Origin: Thermoanaerobaculia bacterium
GTDB lineage: Bacteria > Acidobacteriota > Thermoanaerobaculia > Multivoradales > UBA5704
Length of the DNA: 49,587 bases
Reading direction: 5' to 3'
Assembly (NCBI GenBank): GCA_035633875.1
Contig: DASQEB010000642.1
Coordinates: forward strand, 1-49,587
Shown: in pieces, positions 1 to 8,900 of the stretch
Layout of the letters: every line of letters begins with the position of its first letter
How positions within the stretch are numbered: position 1 is the first letter of the stretch
Made by a program: the position numbers and the translations under genes
Notes under the pieces: generated by a model
Database searches by the model: none
Seen by the model: the letters and a program-made list of their open reading frames with translations, nothing else
Told to the model about the DNA's origin: nothing

Positions 1-1271
1 CCGAGCTCCCGGCAGAGCGTCGAGGCCGCGTCCCGGGTCCCCGCCCCCGAGTAGCGGGTGGGCATGTAGAAGGTCTGCACCCTACCTCCCGCCTTGCGCC
101 GGATCTCACCTTCGGAGAGCTTGCCCTCCGGGTCTTCGTCCTGGACCAGGAGCCGCGCCGCCCGCCAGGCGAGGAGGAGGGTGAGCATCGAGTCCCGCCC
201 TCCGGAGAGGGCCACGCCCAGGCCGCCCTTGAAGCCGCCGGACTTGGCGAAGTAGTCCTTCACCCCCAGCGACAGCGCCTCGATCAGCTCGTCCAGCACC
301 TCCTCCCGGGCCGTCCGGGCGGGGGCTCCGGCCGGCGGCAGGAAGAGGTCCTCCCAGGAGGGGACCGGGTAGCGCAGTTCCGAGCGATCCGCCGTGGCGC
401 CCTCGACCCGGATCACGGGGACAGGCACGTCCTCGCGCTGGAAGACCTCGCAGTCCCAGCGCCAGGTCGAGGCCTCGCGCCGGGCGCGCACGGTGCGGTC
501 GAGATCCACGACGCACGCCGTCCACCCTTCGCGGAACCGCGGCGCCTCCAGCATCGGGCGGCCGTTCTGGAAGACGTAGCCGCCGCCGTCGAACACCAGG
601 CCGTCCTGGGCGCCCACCCAGTTGGCGTAGGCCAGGGTGACCTGGTTGTCCGCCGAGCGCGTCGCCAGCATCTCCCGGCGGGTGGAGGCGACGCCGACCC
701 GGTAGGGCGAGGAGGAGACGTTGACCACCACCTCCGCTCCCGAGTAGCACCGCCGGCGCATGGGGCCGTCCGGCGACCAGACGTCCTCGCAGACCTCGAC
801 GGCCAGGAGGCCGAAGTCGAACTGGAACAGGAAGTCCCCGAGGGGGACGCCGTCCGCGTCCAGGGCGAGCCCCGGCGCGCCGCGGGAGAAGACCCGGGCC
901 TCATAGAAGACGTTGTAGGTGGGGAGCTTCTCCTTGGGCACGAAGCCGTGGATCTTCCCGCCGTGGACCACGGCCGCGCAGTTGAAGATCTGTCCGCCCA
1001 CCCCCACGGCGAGGCCGAGAACGAACACCGTCCGCATCCCCGCCGTCGCCGTGGCGAACCGCTCGAGCTCCGTCCGCTGGCTCGCCACGAACGCCCGCCA
1101 CTGGATGAGGTCCTCCGGCGGATACCCCCCGACCCCCTGCTCGGAGAAACACCCGACCGTCACCCCGTCGGCCGCCATGGCCCGGGCCTGGGCCAGCATC
1201 CTGTCCACGTTCGAGCGGACCGCCCCGACCGTGGGGTCCACGTTCCCGATCCCGATCTTGATCAGCCTCAT
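1..1271 (-). CDS. nadE: Glutamine-dependent NAD+ synthetase, N-terminal ~423 codons. The gene continues past the window edge and is absent from the supplied ORF track because no stop lies inside the window.
   Basis: My own minus-strand translation from the ATG (revcomp of 1269-1271) reads MRLIKIGIGNVDPTVGAVRSNVDRMLAQA...GCFSEQGVGGYPPEDL...LLAVEVCEDVWSP, a carbon-nitrogen hydrolase/glutaminase domain. It continues into ...GGLGVALSGGRDSML, the SGGxDS PP-loop motif of NAD synthetase. Confidence 0.85.
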   Translation of the reverse strand, partial: MRLIKIGIGNVDPTVGAVRSNVDRMLAQARAMAADGVTVGCFSEQGVGGYPPEDLIQWRAFVASQRTELERFATATAGMRTVFVLGLAVGVGGQIFNCAAVVHGGKIHGFVPKEKLPTYNVFYEARVFSRGAPGLALDADGVPLGDFLFQFDFGLLAVEVCEDVWSPDGPMRRRCYSGAEVVVNVSSSPYRVGVASTRREMLATRSADNQVTLAYANWVGAQDGLVFDGGGYVFQNGRPMLEAPRFREGWTACVVDLDRTVRARREASTWRWDCEVFQREDVPVPVIRVEGATADRSELRYPVPSWEDLFLPPAGAPARTAREEVLDELIEALSLGVKDYFAKSGGFKGGLGVALSGGRDSMLTLLLAWRAARLLVQDEDPEGKLSEGEIRRKAGGRVQTFYMPTRYSGAGTRDAASTLCREL

Positions 1272-1389
1272 GCGCGCTCCCTCGTTCGCGGGAAATCCTG
1301 TCACGGATCGGCCGGGGGGTGGCAGTTTCCTCTTGACAATCTAGGGAAGAGGCCCCACCATTCCTCCAGACGATCTAGGGGAATGATCG

Positions 1390-1734
1390 ATGACCAACAA
1401 CAAGAACAAAGGCGATCTGCTCCAGGGAACCCTGGACATGCTCGTGCTCAAGGCGCTGGATCTCGAGCCCATGCACGGCTGGGGCATCACCGAGCGCATC
1501 GAGCAGTGGTCCCAGCAGGTGCTGCAGGTGAACCAGGGCTCGCTCTATCCCGCGCTCTACCGGCTGCAGCGCCAGGGCTGGATCACCTCGTTCTGGAAGA
1601 CGACGGAGAACAACCGGCGGGCCCGCTACTACGAGCTCACTCCGGCCGGACGCCGGCAGCTCGCCGCCGAGCAAGAGAGCTGGGAGCGGCTCTCCGGGGC
1701 CGTGAACCTCGTGATGCGGATGTCGACGAGCTAG
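1390..1734 (+). CDS. PadR-family transcriptional regulator
   Basis: 114 aa with the winged-helix PadR signature (GTLDMLVLKALDLEPMHGWGITERIEQ...GSLYPALYRLQRQGWI...RARYYELTPAGRRQL). It sits 12 nt upstream of an FtsX-type permease, the typical acidobacterial PadR/ADOP pairing. Confidence 0.9.
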   Translation: MTNNKNKGDLLQGTLDMLVLKALDLEPMHGWGITERIEQWSQQVLQVNQGSLYPALYRLQRQGWITSFWKTTENNRRARYYELTPAGRRQLAAEQESWERLSGAVNLVMRMSTS

Positions 1735-1746
1735 GAGCATGGCGCC

Positions 1747-4398
1747 ATGGGAGTCCTGAGCGAGGCGATGAAGAGGCTGTCCGGCACGCTGCGGAGGCGG
1801 ACGGCGGAGCCGGAGCTGGACGAGGAGATCCAGTTCCACATCGACATGCAGACCGAGAAGAACGTGCGTCTCGGGATGAGCCCGGACGCGGCACGCCGCG
1901 CGGCTCTCCTGCGCTTCGGCGGGCGCGAGCGCATCAAGGAAGAGGCGCGCGACGAGTACCGCAGCCGCCCGCTCGAGGACTTCGTCCAGGACTTCCGGTA
2001 CGGCGTGCGGTCCGCCGTCCGCACCCCGCTGTTCTCGCTTCTCGCCGTGCTCACGCTCGCCCTCGGCATCGGCGCCAACGCCGCGGTCTTCGGCGTGGTG
2101 AAGTCGGTGCTGCTCGACGCGCTGCCCTACGCGGACGCGGACCGCCTCGTCCGGATCTACGCGCGCGCCGAGGACGGCTCGTCCGACCGCTTTTCGCTGA
2201 GCGCCGGCGCCGCGGTGGACTTCGCGGCACGGCAGCGGTCGTGCTCCCGCCTCGCCGCCTTCTATCAGTCCACGTTCGACGTCACCCACGCCGGAGAGGC
2301 CGGGCCGCGGGTCCTGACCGGTGCGCTGGTGGGGGCCGGCTTCTTCCAGACGCTCGGCGTGCCCGCCCTGGTCGGGCGGGCGCTGACCGACGCCGATGCG
2401 GCGACCGACGCACGGGTGGTGGTGCTGAGCTACACCGCCTGGCAGCGCGAGCTCGGCGGCGATCCACGGGTGCTCGGCAGGTCGCTTCGCCTCGACGGGG
2501 GCTCCCACAGGGTGGTGGGCGTGCTGCCGCGCGGCTTCGTCGGACCGATGGGCGACGCCGACCTCTTCCTCCCGCTCGACCTCGGCCCGGTGCTGCGCGA
2601 CCCGGTCCGCGCGCGGCGCACCCATTGGCTCGGCCTCATCGGCCGCCTGGCTCCGGGCGTCACCGTCGACGCGGCGCAGCGCGAATTCGCCGCCCTCGCC
2701 GCCGGCATGGCGCGCGAGCACCCGGACTCCGACGCCGGCCGCACCGCCACGACGATGTCGTTGCGCGATGCCATGGTCGGCGACACGCGCACCCCGCTGC
2801 TCGTGCTGATGGCGAGCGCCGGGCTCGTGCTGCTCATCACCTGCGCGAACCTCGCCGGCGCCCTGCTGTCGCGGACCCTCTCCCGCCGCAAGGAGCTCGC
2901 CGCGCGGGTGGCGCTCGGCGCCGGCCGCGGCCGGCTGGTCCGGCAACTGCTCACCGAAAGCGCGGTGCTGGCCCTCGCCGGCGGCGCGGCCGGGCTCCTG
3001 CTCGCGGCGCTCGGGCTCTCCGTGCTGCGGGAGCTCGCGTTGCCGACCCTGCCGGCGTACGCGGAGCTGTCGCTGGATCGCGGCGCGGTGCTCGTCACGT
3101 CGGTGCTCGCCCTGTGCACCGGCCTCGCCTTCGGCGTGGCGCCGGCGCTGTCGGTCAGCCGCTCGGACCCTCAGGGCGTGCTCCGCGACGAGGCGCGCGG
3201 CACCAGCGAGACCCGCCGGTCGCGGCGCCTGCGCGGCGCGCTCGTGGCGGGGCAGATCGCGCTCTCCGTCAGTCTCCTCGCGGGCGCGGGGCTGCTCGCC
3301 CGCAGCCTGTGGGCGATGACCGTCGCGCCGCTCGGCTTCGACCCGGACGGCGTGCTGACGGTGGGAGTCAGCCTGCCGTCGAGCCAGGAGTACGCGACGG
3401 CGGAGGCCCGCGTCCGCCTCTACGAGCAGCTCGAGGAGCGCCTGCGCGCCCTCCCCGGCGTGATCCGCGTGGCGAGCGCGAGCGAGCTCCCCGGCCCCGT
3501 GATGGAACGCAACGGGCTCGCGATCGAGGGCGTGACCTGGCCGGAGGGCGACGGACAGCCGTTCGTGCTCTATGCCAGCGTCTCGGACGACTACTTCCGC
3601 ACCCTGGGCATTCCGCTGCAGCGCGGGCGCACCTTCGGGGCGGCCGACCGGGCGGACGCGCCGCCGACCTTCGTGATCAGCGAGAGCATGGCGCGGCGCT
3701 ACTGGCCGGACGGGCGGGCGCTCGGCGCGCGCATCCGGCTGGGCCCGGACGTGAACGCGCCGTGGGCCGAGGTGATCGGCATCGTCGGCGACGTGCGCAC
3801 CGATCCGGCGCGGCCGGAGCCGGAGCCGATGGCGTACCAGTCGGTCCGGCAGTATCCCTGGGGCAACCGGGCCTTCGTGCTCCGGACGCAGACCGATCCG
3901 CTCTCCTTCGTCCGCCCCTTCCAGCGCGAGTTGGCGGCGCTCGATCCGGGGATCCCGATCCGGCGCGCGACCACCCTGCGCGCGTTCCTCGCCGACGGGC
4001 TCGCGGGCCGCCGGCTCCCGGTGGTGCTGATGGCCGCCTTCGGCGCCCTGGCGCTGCTCCTCGCGTCGGTGGGCGTCTACGCGATGTTCGCCAACATGGT
4101 GGCCGCGCGGGAGCGGGAGTTCGGCCTCCGCGTCGCCCTCGGCTCGCCCCGGCGCGCCATCGCCGGCCTGGTGCTGTGGGGGGGCGCCGCCTGGATGGCG
4201 GCCGGGCTGGCCGGGGGCGCGATCGGCGTCGTGGCGGTCGCACGCCTCCTCCGCAACCTGCTCTACGGCGTGCCGCCGTCCGACCCGATCGCGCTGGGGG
4301 CCTCCGTCCTGACGCTGCTCGCCTGCGGCACGGCCGCGCTGCTCGTCCCGGTCCGCCGCGCGACCCGCGTCGACCCGGTCGCGGCGATCCGGGAGTGA
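1747..4398 (+). CDS. ADOP-type duplicated FtsX/MacB-like ABC transporter permease
   Basis: 883 aa. The N-terminus has the characteristic leader ...EIQFHIDMQTEKNVRLGMSPDAARRAALLRFGGRERIKEE. This is followed by a TM helix, a MacB-like periplasmic domain, an FtsX TM bundle, then a second copy of that arrangement. No ATPase gene is adjacent. Confidence 0.9.
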   Translation: MGVLSEAMKRLSGTLRRRTAEPELDEEIQFHIDMQTEKNVRLGMSPDAARRAALLRFGGRERIKEEARDEYRSRPLEDFVQDFRYGVRSAVRTPLFSLLAVLTLALGIGANAAVFGVVKSVLLDALPYADADRLVRIYARAEDGSSDRFSLSAGAAVDFAARQRSCSRLAAFYQSTFDVTHAGEAGPRVLTGALVGAGFFQTLGVPALVGRALTDADAATDARVVVLSYTAWQRELGGDPRVLGRSLRLDGGSHRVVGVLPRGFVGPMGDADLFLPLDLGPVLRDPVRARRTHWLGLIGRLAPGVTVDAAQREFAALAAGMAREHPDSDAGRTATTMSLRDAMVGDTRTPLLVLMASAGLVLLITCANLAGALLSRTLSRRKELAARVALGAGRGRLVRQLLTESAVLALAGGAAGLLLAALGLSVLRELALPTLPAYAELSLDRGAVLVTSVLALCTGLAFGVAPALSVSRSDPQGVLRDEARGTSETRRSRRLRGALVAGQIALSVSLLAGAGLLARSLWAMTVAPLGFDPDGVLTVGVSLPSSQEYATAEARVRLYEQLEERLRALPGVIRVASASELPGPVMERNGLAIEGVTWPEGDGQPFVLYASVSDDYFRTLGIPLQRGRTFGAADRADAPPTFVISESMARRYWPDGRALGARIRLGPDVNAPWAEVIGIVGDVRTDPARPEPEPMAYQSVRQYPWGNRAFVLRTQTDPLSFVRPFQRELAALDPGIPIRRATTLRAFLADGLAGRRLPVVLMAAFGALALLLASVGVYAMFANMVAAREREFGLRVALGSPRRAIAGLVLWGGAAWMAAGLAGGAIGVVAVARLLRNLLYGVPPSDPIALGASVLTLLACGTAALLVPVRRATRVDPVAAIRE

Positions 4399-4406
4399 GG
4401 AGCCTG

Positions 4407-4847
4407 CTACGAGCGCCGTTTCGACTCCTGGCCCTCCCTGAACTTGCGCTCGGCTTCGAAGACTTCGGGCACCTTTTCCACCAGGTCGCCGAAGTCCTCC
4501 TCCTCGAAGATCTGGCGGATCTCGATCTCGCTCTCGGTGCCCGGCATCGGGTTGGGGGCGCGCTTGACCCACTCGATCGCCTCTTCCTTCGACTTCACGT
4601 TGAAGATCCAGAACCCGGCGACGAGCTCCTTGGTCTCGGGAAAAGGCCCGTCGATCACCGTCCGCTTGTCGCCCGAGAAGCGGACGCGCGCGCCCCTGGA
4701 GCTCGGGTGAAGCCCCTCGCCCGCCAGCATCACGCCTGCCTTGATCAGCTCTTCGTTGTACTTGCCCATCGCCACGAGGAGCTCCTCGCTCGGAAGAACG
4801 CCCGCCTCGGAATCCTTGTCGGCCTTGACCAGAATCATGAATCGCAT
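4407..4847 (-). CDS. YciI-like / DGPF-domain protein
   Basis: 146 aa, MRFMILVKAD...VIDGPFPETKELVAGFWIFNVKSKEEAIEWVKR, which carries the DGPFxETKE signature of the YCII-related family. Confidence 0.85.
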   Translation of the reverse strand: MRFMILVKADKDSEAGVLPSEELLVAMGKYNEELIKAGVMLAGEGLHPSSRGARVRFSGDKRTVIDGPFPETKELVAGFWIFNVKSKEEAIEWVKRAPNPMPGTESEIEIRQIFEEEDFGDLVEKVPEVFEAERKFREGQESKRRS

Positions 4848-4897
4848 GTCGTCTCTCCTTCCTGGTGGGTGGAGAGCGGGAAACCCGCGCTCTACCT

Positions 4898-5353
4898 CTA
4901 TGACGAACGAGGGACGGCGAGATCGACACGGCGGCGGCCGAAGAGCACCCGATCGAGGGAAAACCGCCCCGGACCCGTGGCGAGCAGCAGGAAAGCAACA
5001 CAGAAGAAGAGCGCTGCCAGCTCATAAGAGGGACCACCCCCGGTCGCCACGAACGGGTCGCCGCGCTGGAAGGCATGGAATGAAAACGCCACGGCCATCG
5101 TGATCGCGATGCCCAGAGAGGCCAGGGGTGTCAGGAGACCCAGGATCCAGGCCAGCCCGCCGCCGAACTCGGAGAGGGCCGCGAGCCCCTGGAAGGCGCC
5201 CGGAATCGTCGCTTCAGGCCCCATCCAGCCGAACGGGCTCTGGATCTTTCCCCACCCGTGAAACATGAAGGCGAGACCGGCCACGAAGCGGATCAACAGC
5301 AGGGCAACGTCGGCGAACGGCGCGTGTTCTGGTACCGAGAAGAATCTCTTCAT
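4898..5353 (-). CDS. DoxX-family membrane protein
   Basis: MKRFF...ADVALLLIRFVAGLAFMFHGWGKI...LSEFGGGLAWILGLLTPLASLGIAITM, with four predicted TM helices typical of DoxX. I chose the ATG at 5353 (6 nt after AAAGGA) over the track start at 5434, which would overlap the upstream gene. Confidence 0.85.
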   Translation of the reverse strand: MKRFFSVPEHAPFADVALLLIRFVAGLAFMFHGWGKIQSPFGWMGPEATIPGAFQGLAALSEFGGGLAWILGLLTPLASLGIAITMAVAFSFHAFQRGDPFVATGGGPSYELAALFFCVAFLLLATGPGRFSLDRVLFGRRRVDLAVPRSS

Positions 5354-5387
5354 GTCCATTCCTTTCGTGAAGGAGCTCAGATGGCCA

Positions 5388-5846
5388 TCATTCCAGAGGA
5401 AGCGGCTGGGATCGCTCGCCGAGCGCCTGGGCAAGGCCGTCGAGCATCGTGCTCCAGCCCTCCTCGGCGCGGCTCGCGTACTCCGCCCAGACCGGGTGCA
5501 GCTCGTGGGTCAAGGTGAGCTCGCAGCCTGTCTCCAGCGGAACGATGTCGATGCTCACCCGGTCGGCCTCGGAGGAGTCCACGGAGAAGGTGAACACGAG
5601 GCGCCGGGGCCGGTCGATCTCCAGATACTCGCCGGTGTGCTCGACGTCCTCGCCGTCCCGCCGGTCCACGAAGCAGAACGTACCCCCGACGCGCGCATCG
5701 ATCTCCGCGCGCACCATCTCGCCCGTCGGCGTGGCGAACATCCATGAGGCCGCCTGCTGCGCATCGAGCCAGGCATCGAAGACGCGCTCCGGCGAGGCGC
5801 TGAAGCGGCGGGTGACACGGACCTCGACATACGGTTTCGTGGTCAT
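5388..5846 (-). CDS. SRPBCC / AHSA1-like (START-fold) protein
   Basis: 152 aa, VRVTRRFSASPERVFDAWLDAQQAASWMF...VGGTFCFV...GEYLEIDRPRRLVFTF. This is the typical Aha1/BPI-like SRPBCC pattern. Confidence 0.85.
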   Translation of the reverse strand: MTTKPYVEVRVTRRFSASPERVFDAWLDAQQAASWMFATPTGEMVRAEIDARVGGTFCFVDRRDGEDVEHTGEYLEIDRPRRLVFTFSVDSSEADRVSIDIVPLETGCELTLTHELHPVWAEYASRAEEGWSTMLDGLAQALGERSQPLPLE

Positions 5847-5976
5847 CGGGATCGTTCTCCTCTCTCCTCAGGGAATTTTGAGGGCCTCGCGGTCGTGGGC
5901 TTTCAGCAGGGGCGTCCAGGGCATCCAGTCGCGCGGTCTAGAGGGCACGTTGGGCCTCGATCCAGCTCGCGGGAGC

Positions 5977-8900
5977 CTAGCGCGCCTTCCAGGGGATGTC
6001 GAGGACAGCCCGCTCGGGGATCCGGTCTCCCGCCTGGCTGAAGGGGTGGACCTGCCCGGGCCTCTCCCGGTGGTAGGTGAATTCCAGACGGTACTGCCCC
6101 TCCACCAGGGGCGAGCCGCCGAAGGGGAGGAGGACGAACCCGGTCCCGTCCGCCCGGCGCACCACCCGGGGACCGGGGCTGATCAGGGGGACGTGCTCCT
6201 GGGGCGGCACGAAGGTCCGCGCGTGGCCCGCCCCATCCGGGCCCACGACGCGCAGCTCCACTCCTCCGGCCGGGAAGCGGAGACGGCCCGCCTCGCCCAG
6301 GGGGGCGGCGAAGCGGTGCTCCAGATTCCCTTCCGCGGACGACGCTCCGGCCCCTGGGCCGGCGTGGAGGCGGACGCGGGTCCCCGCCGGCCGCCGGTCC
6401 TCGCCGCTGAAGCCGTACCAGGTCGACCACTCCGGCTCGGACGTGCGCACCCCGGTGAAGCGCGTGTCCGGGCTGCCCGCCACGAAGAACCCCAACCGTC
6501 CCGCGGGCAGATCGGCGTCGTCCACCCGGAACAGCTCCATCCCATCCAGCCACCCGGCGAGGCGCTCGCCCACGGCATCGAAGGTGAGGCCGATCTCCCG
6601 GCCCGGCGTCACCGCCACGGTCCCCTGCCAGAGGACGGTCTCCTGTCCCGCGACCCGCTTGGCCATCCGGTGGGACCCGGTCCCGGGGTCGAGGAGGAAG
6701 ACGAAGCAATGGTTGACGTCGAGGAAACGGAACACCGCCCCGGTGAGGCCCGCCACCCCGGGGCGGAGGCGCACCGCCAGCCGGTAGTCGGCCGCGGCGG
6801 GATCTCCCGTCACGGCGATGCGGAGTCCGGAAGGATCGTCCCCCGCCGGGCGCAGCTCTCCATTTTCGGCCGCCCAGCCGTCCGGAAGGGGCTGAGCCGC
6901 ATCCTGGAAATGCCAGCGGCCCGGAACCAGGGCCTGGAACGATTCGTCCAGCCGCCAGCCGGCGAACGCCCGGTCGGCCGGGAACACCCGCACCTCGGAG
7001 AAGAAGGCCGGCTCGTTGCTCCTGGCGTAGAGAGCCAGGAGGCCCGAGGGGATGTCGCCGTCCTCCACCACGAACAAGGGGACACCGTCGAGATACCCTC
7101 GCAGCGAGCTCCCCACGGCCGCCACCGTCAGCTCGTGCGAACGGTCCGTCGCGTAGGAGCCGCCGTCCTGCCACAGCACGGTGACCTCGCCGTTCACCCG
7201 CTTGATGAGCTGCCGGTAGGGCACCTGGGCGTTCATCGAGAACCGGTAATGGTTCCTCAGATCCCGGCCGCGGAAAAGCATGCCGATGGCACCTCCGGCC
7301 GGGCACCGCAGGCGTGCGCGGTAGACCACGTCGGTCCACCCCGGATCTCCGGTGTAGGCGTAGGTGCCGGTGAAGGCGGGGCCGCCCCCCTCCTGGACGA
7401 AGCTCGAAAGACGCAGCTCGCCGCCGACGGTCTCCCAGCTCGAGGGCTGCGTCCCCACGGCCTCGTCGACCCGGCCCCAGCCGGTGAGGTCGCCCGCCGC
7501 GAACCGGTCCTGGACCAGCGCAGAGGCGTCCAGCGACGGCCGGCGCACCTCGACCCCTTCGAACCGCGCGTCCGGATTGGCGCAGGCATAGAGGCCCACC
7601 TGCCCGGCGGCGTGGGTGCCGTCCCGCATCTCGAAAAGCCGGTCGTTTCCCAGGAACCCGGTCAGCCGGGAGCCCACGGCCTCGACCGTGAAACGGAGAG
7701 GCTCGCCCGCCGCGTAACCCTTGTCCTCCTCCCAGAGGATCGAGATCTGCCCCTTCTCGCTCTTGACGAGCCGCCGGTACCGGAGGCCGGCGTCGAGCGA
7801 CAGGCGGTAGTGGTTGTCGCCGTCCACCCAGCGGAAGACCACGCCCACGGTGCTCCCCGCGTCCGAGCGCAGGTCCACGGTGAGCCGGTAGTCCGTCCAG
7901 CCCGGATCGCCGGCCAGCGCCACGGTGCCCGGCAGCTCGGGCTCGGCGCCGCCGCGGATCTCGGAGATCTGGATCAGCGCTCCGCCCTCCACCCGCCAGT
8001 CGGAGGGGCCGCCGACCGTCCCCTGATCCACGACCGTGAAGCGGGCACGGGTGGCGGCCGGATCGCCCTCGAACCGTTCCAGGAGCATTACCGGATCGCC
8101 CGCCGGCTCGGCCAGCACGCCCGGCAGGGCGCGCAGCTCGACGCGATGACGGGAGAGATCCGCAGCCTCGCGCAGGAGCAGGGTGACGGATTCGTCCGCG
8201 GGCAGGGCGGCGCCAAAGGTGGCGTCCGTGAGCTTCACCGCGCCGGGCGGCTGCGGCGCCGGGAGGCGGCGCGCAGTCCCCGAGAGGGCGAGCTCGATGC
8301 GGTCCCAGGCGAAGGGCTCGGGGCTCCGCACCAGGAAGCCGAACGGCGCGCCGTCCCGCTCCAGACGGGTGGCCTCCACCCGCGCCGGGTGCTGCCGCGC
8401 CGCCGCCGGCCCCACCGCCAACTCTGCCAGAGCCTCGTAGGCCCGGGCCTCCTTCTCCTCGGGAGGCGAGAACGAGGGCAGAACCGCCTCGGCCAGCAAC
8501 TCGTCCACGGCCGTGCCCGTGCCCAGGTCGGCCCTCCAGGTCTCGTCCTGGAAGCTGTGAAGATGATGGAAGAAGTTGGCGTAGAGCGACGTGGTGAGCT
8601 GGAAGCGGTAGACCACCGGCGCCGTGACGCGGAAATCGTCCACCCGGACGTCGGTGAAGCGCGCCCCCGGGCTCTGGCAGGTATAGAGGCCGATCCGGCC
8701 GCTCTGGAATGCGTCGTCCTTCACGTCGAAGACCGGCGCGCCGTCCACGGAGACCCGCAGCGACGACCCGAGGCCCTCGAACGACACCAGATAGTCGCGG
8801 TTCTTTCGGTACGCGAAGTGGTCCTCGGCCAGGAGGGTCGCGCCCGGTGGTTCCAGCTTGACGAGCCGCCGCACCCGGCCGTCCAGCGAAAAGCGGTAGC

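Noticed and set aside
948-5076. Very long track ORFs 948-5027 (+, 1359 aa) and 1375-5076 (-, 1233 aa)
   Set aside because: Their translations are monotonous Arg/Pro/Gly/Ala strings with no motifs. They overlap four well-supported genes (PadR, ADOP permease, YciI-like, DoxX) in other frames or strands. These are typical high-GC open-frame artefacts.
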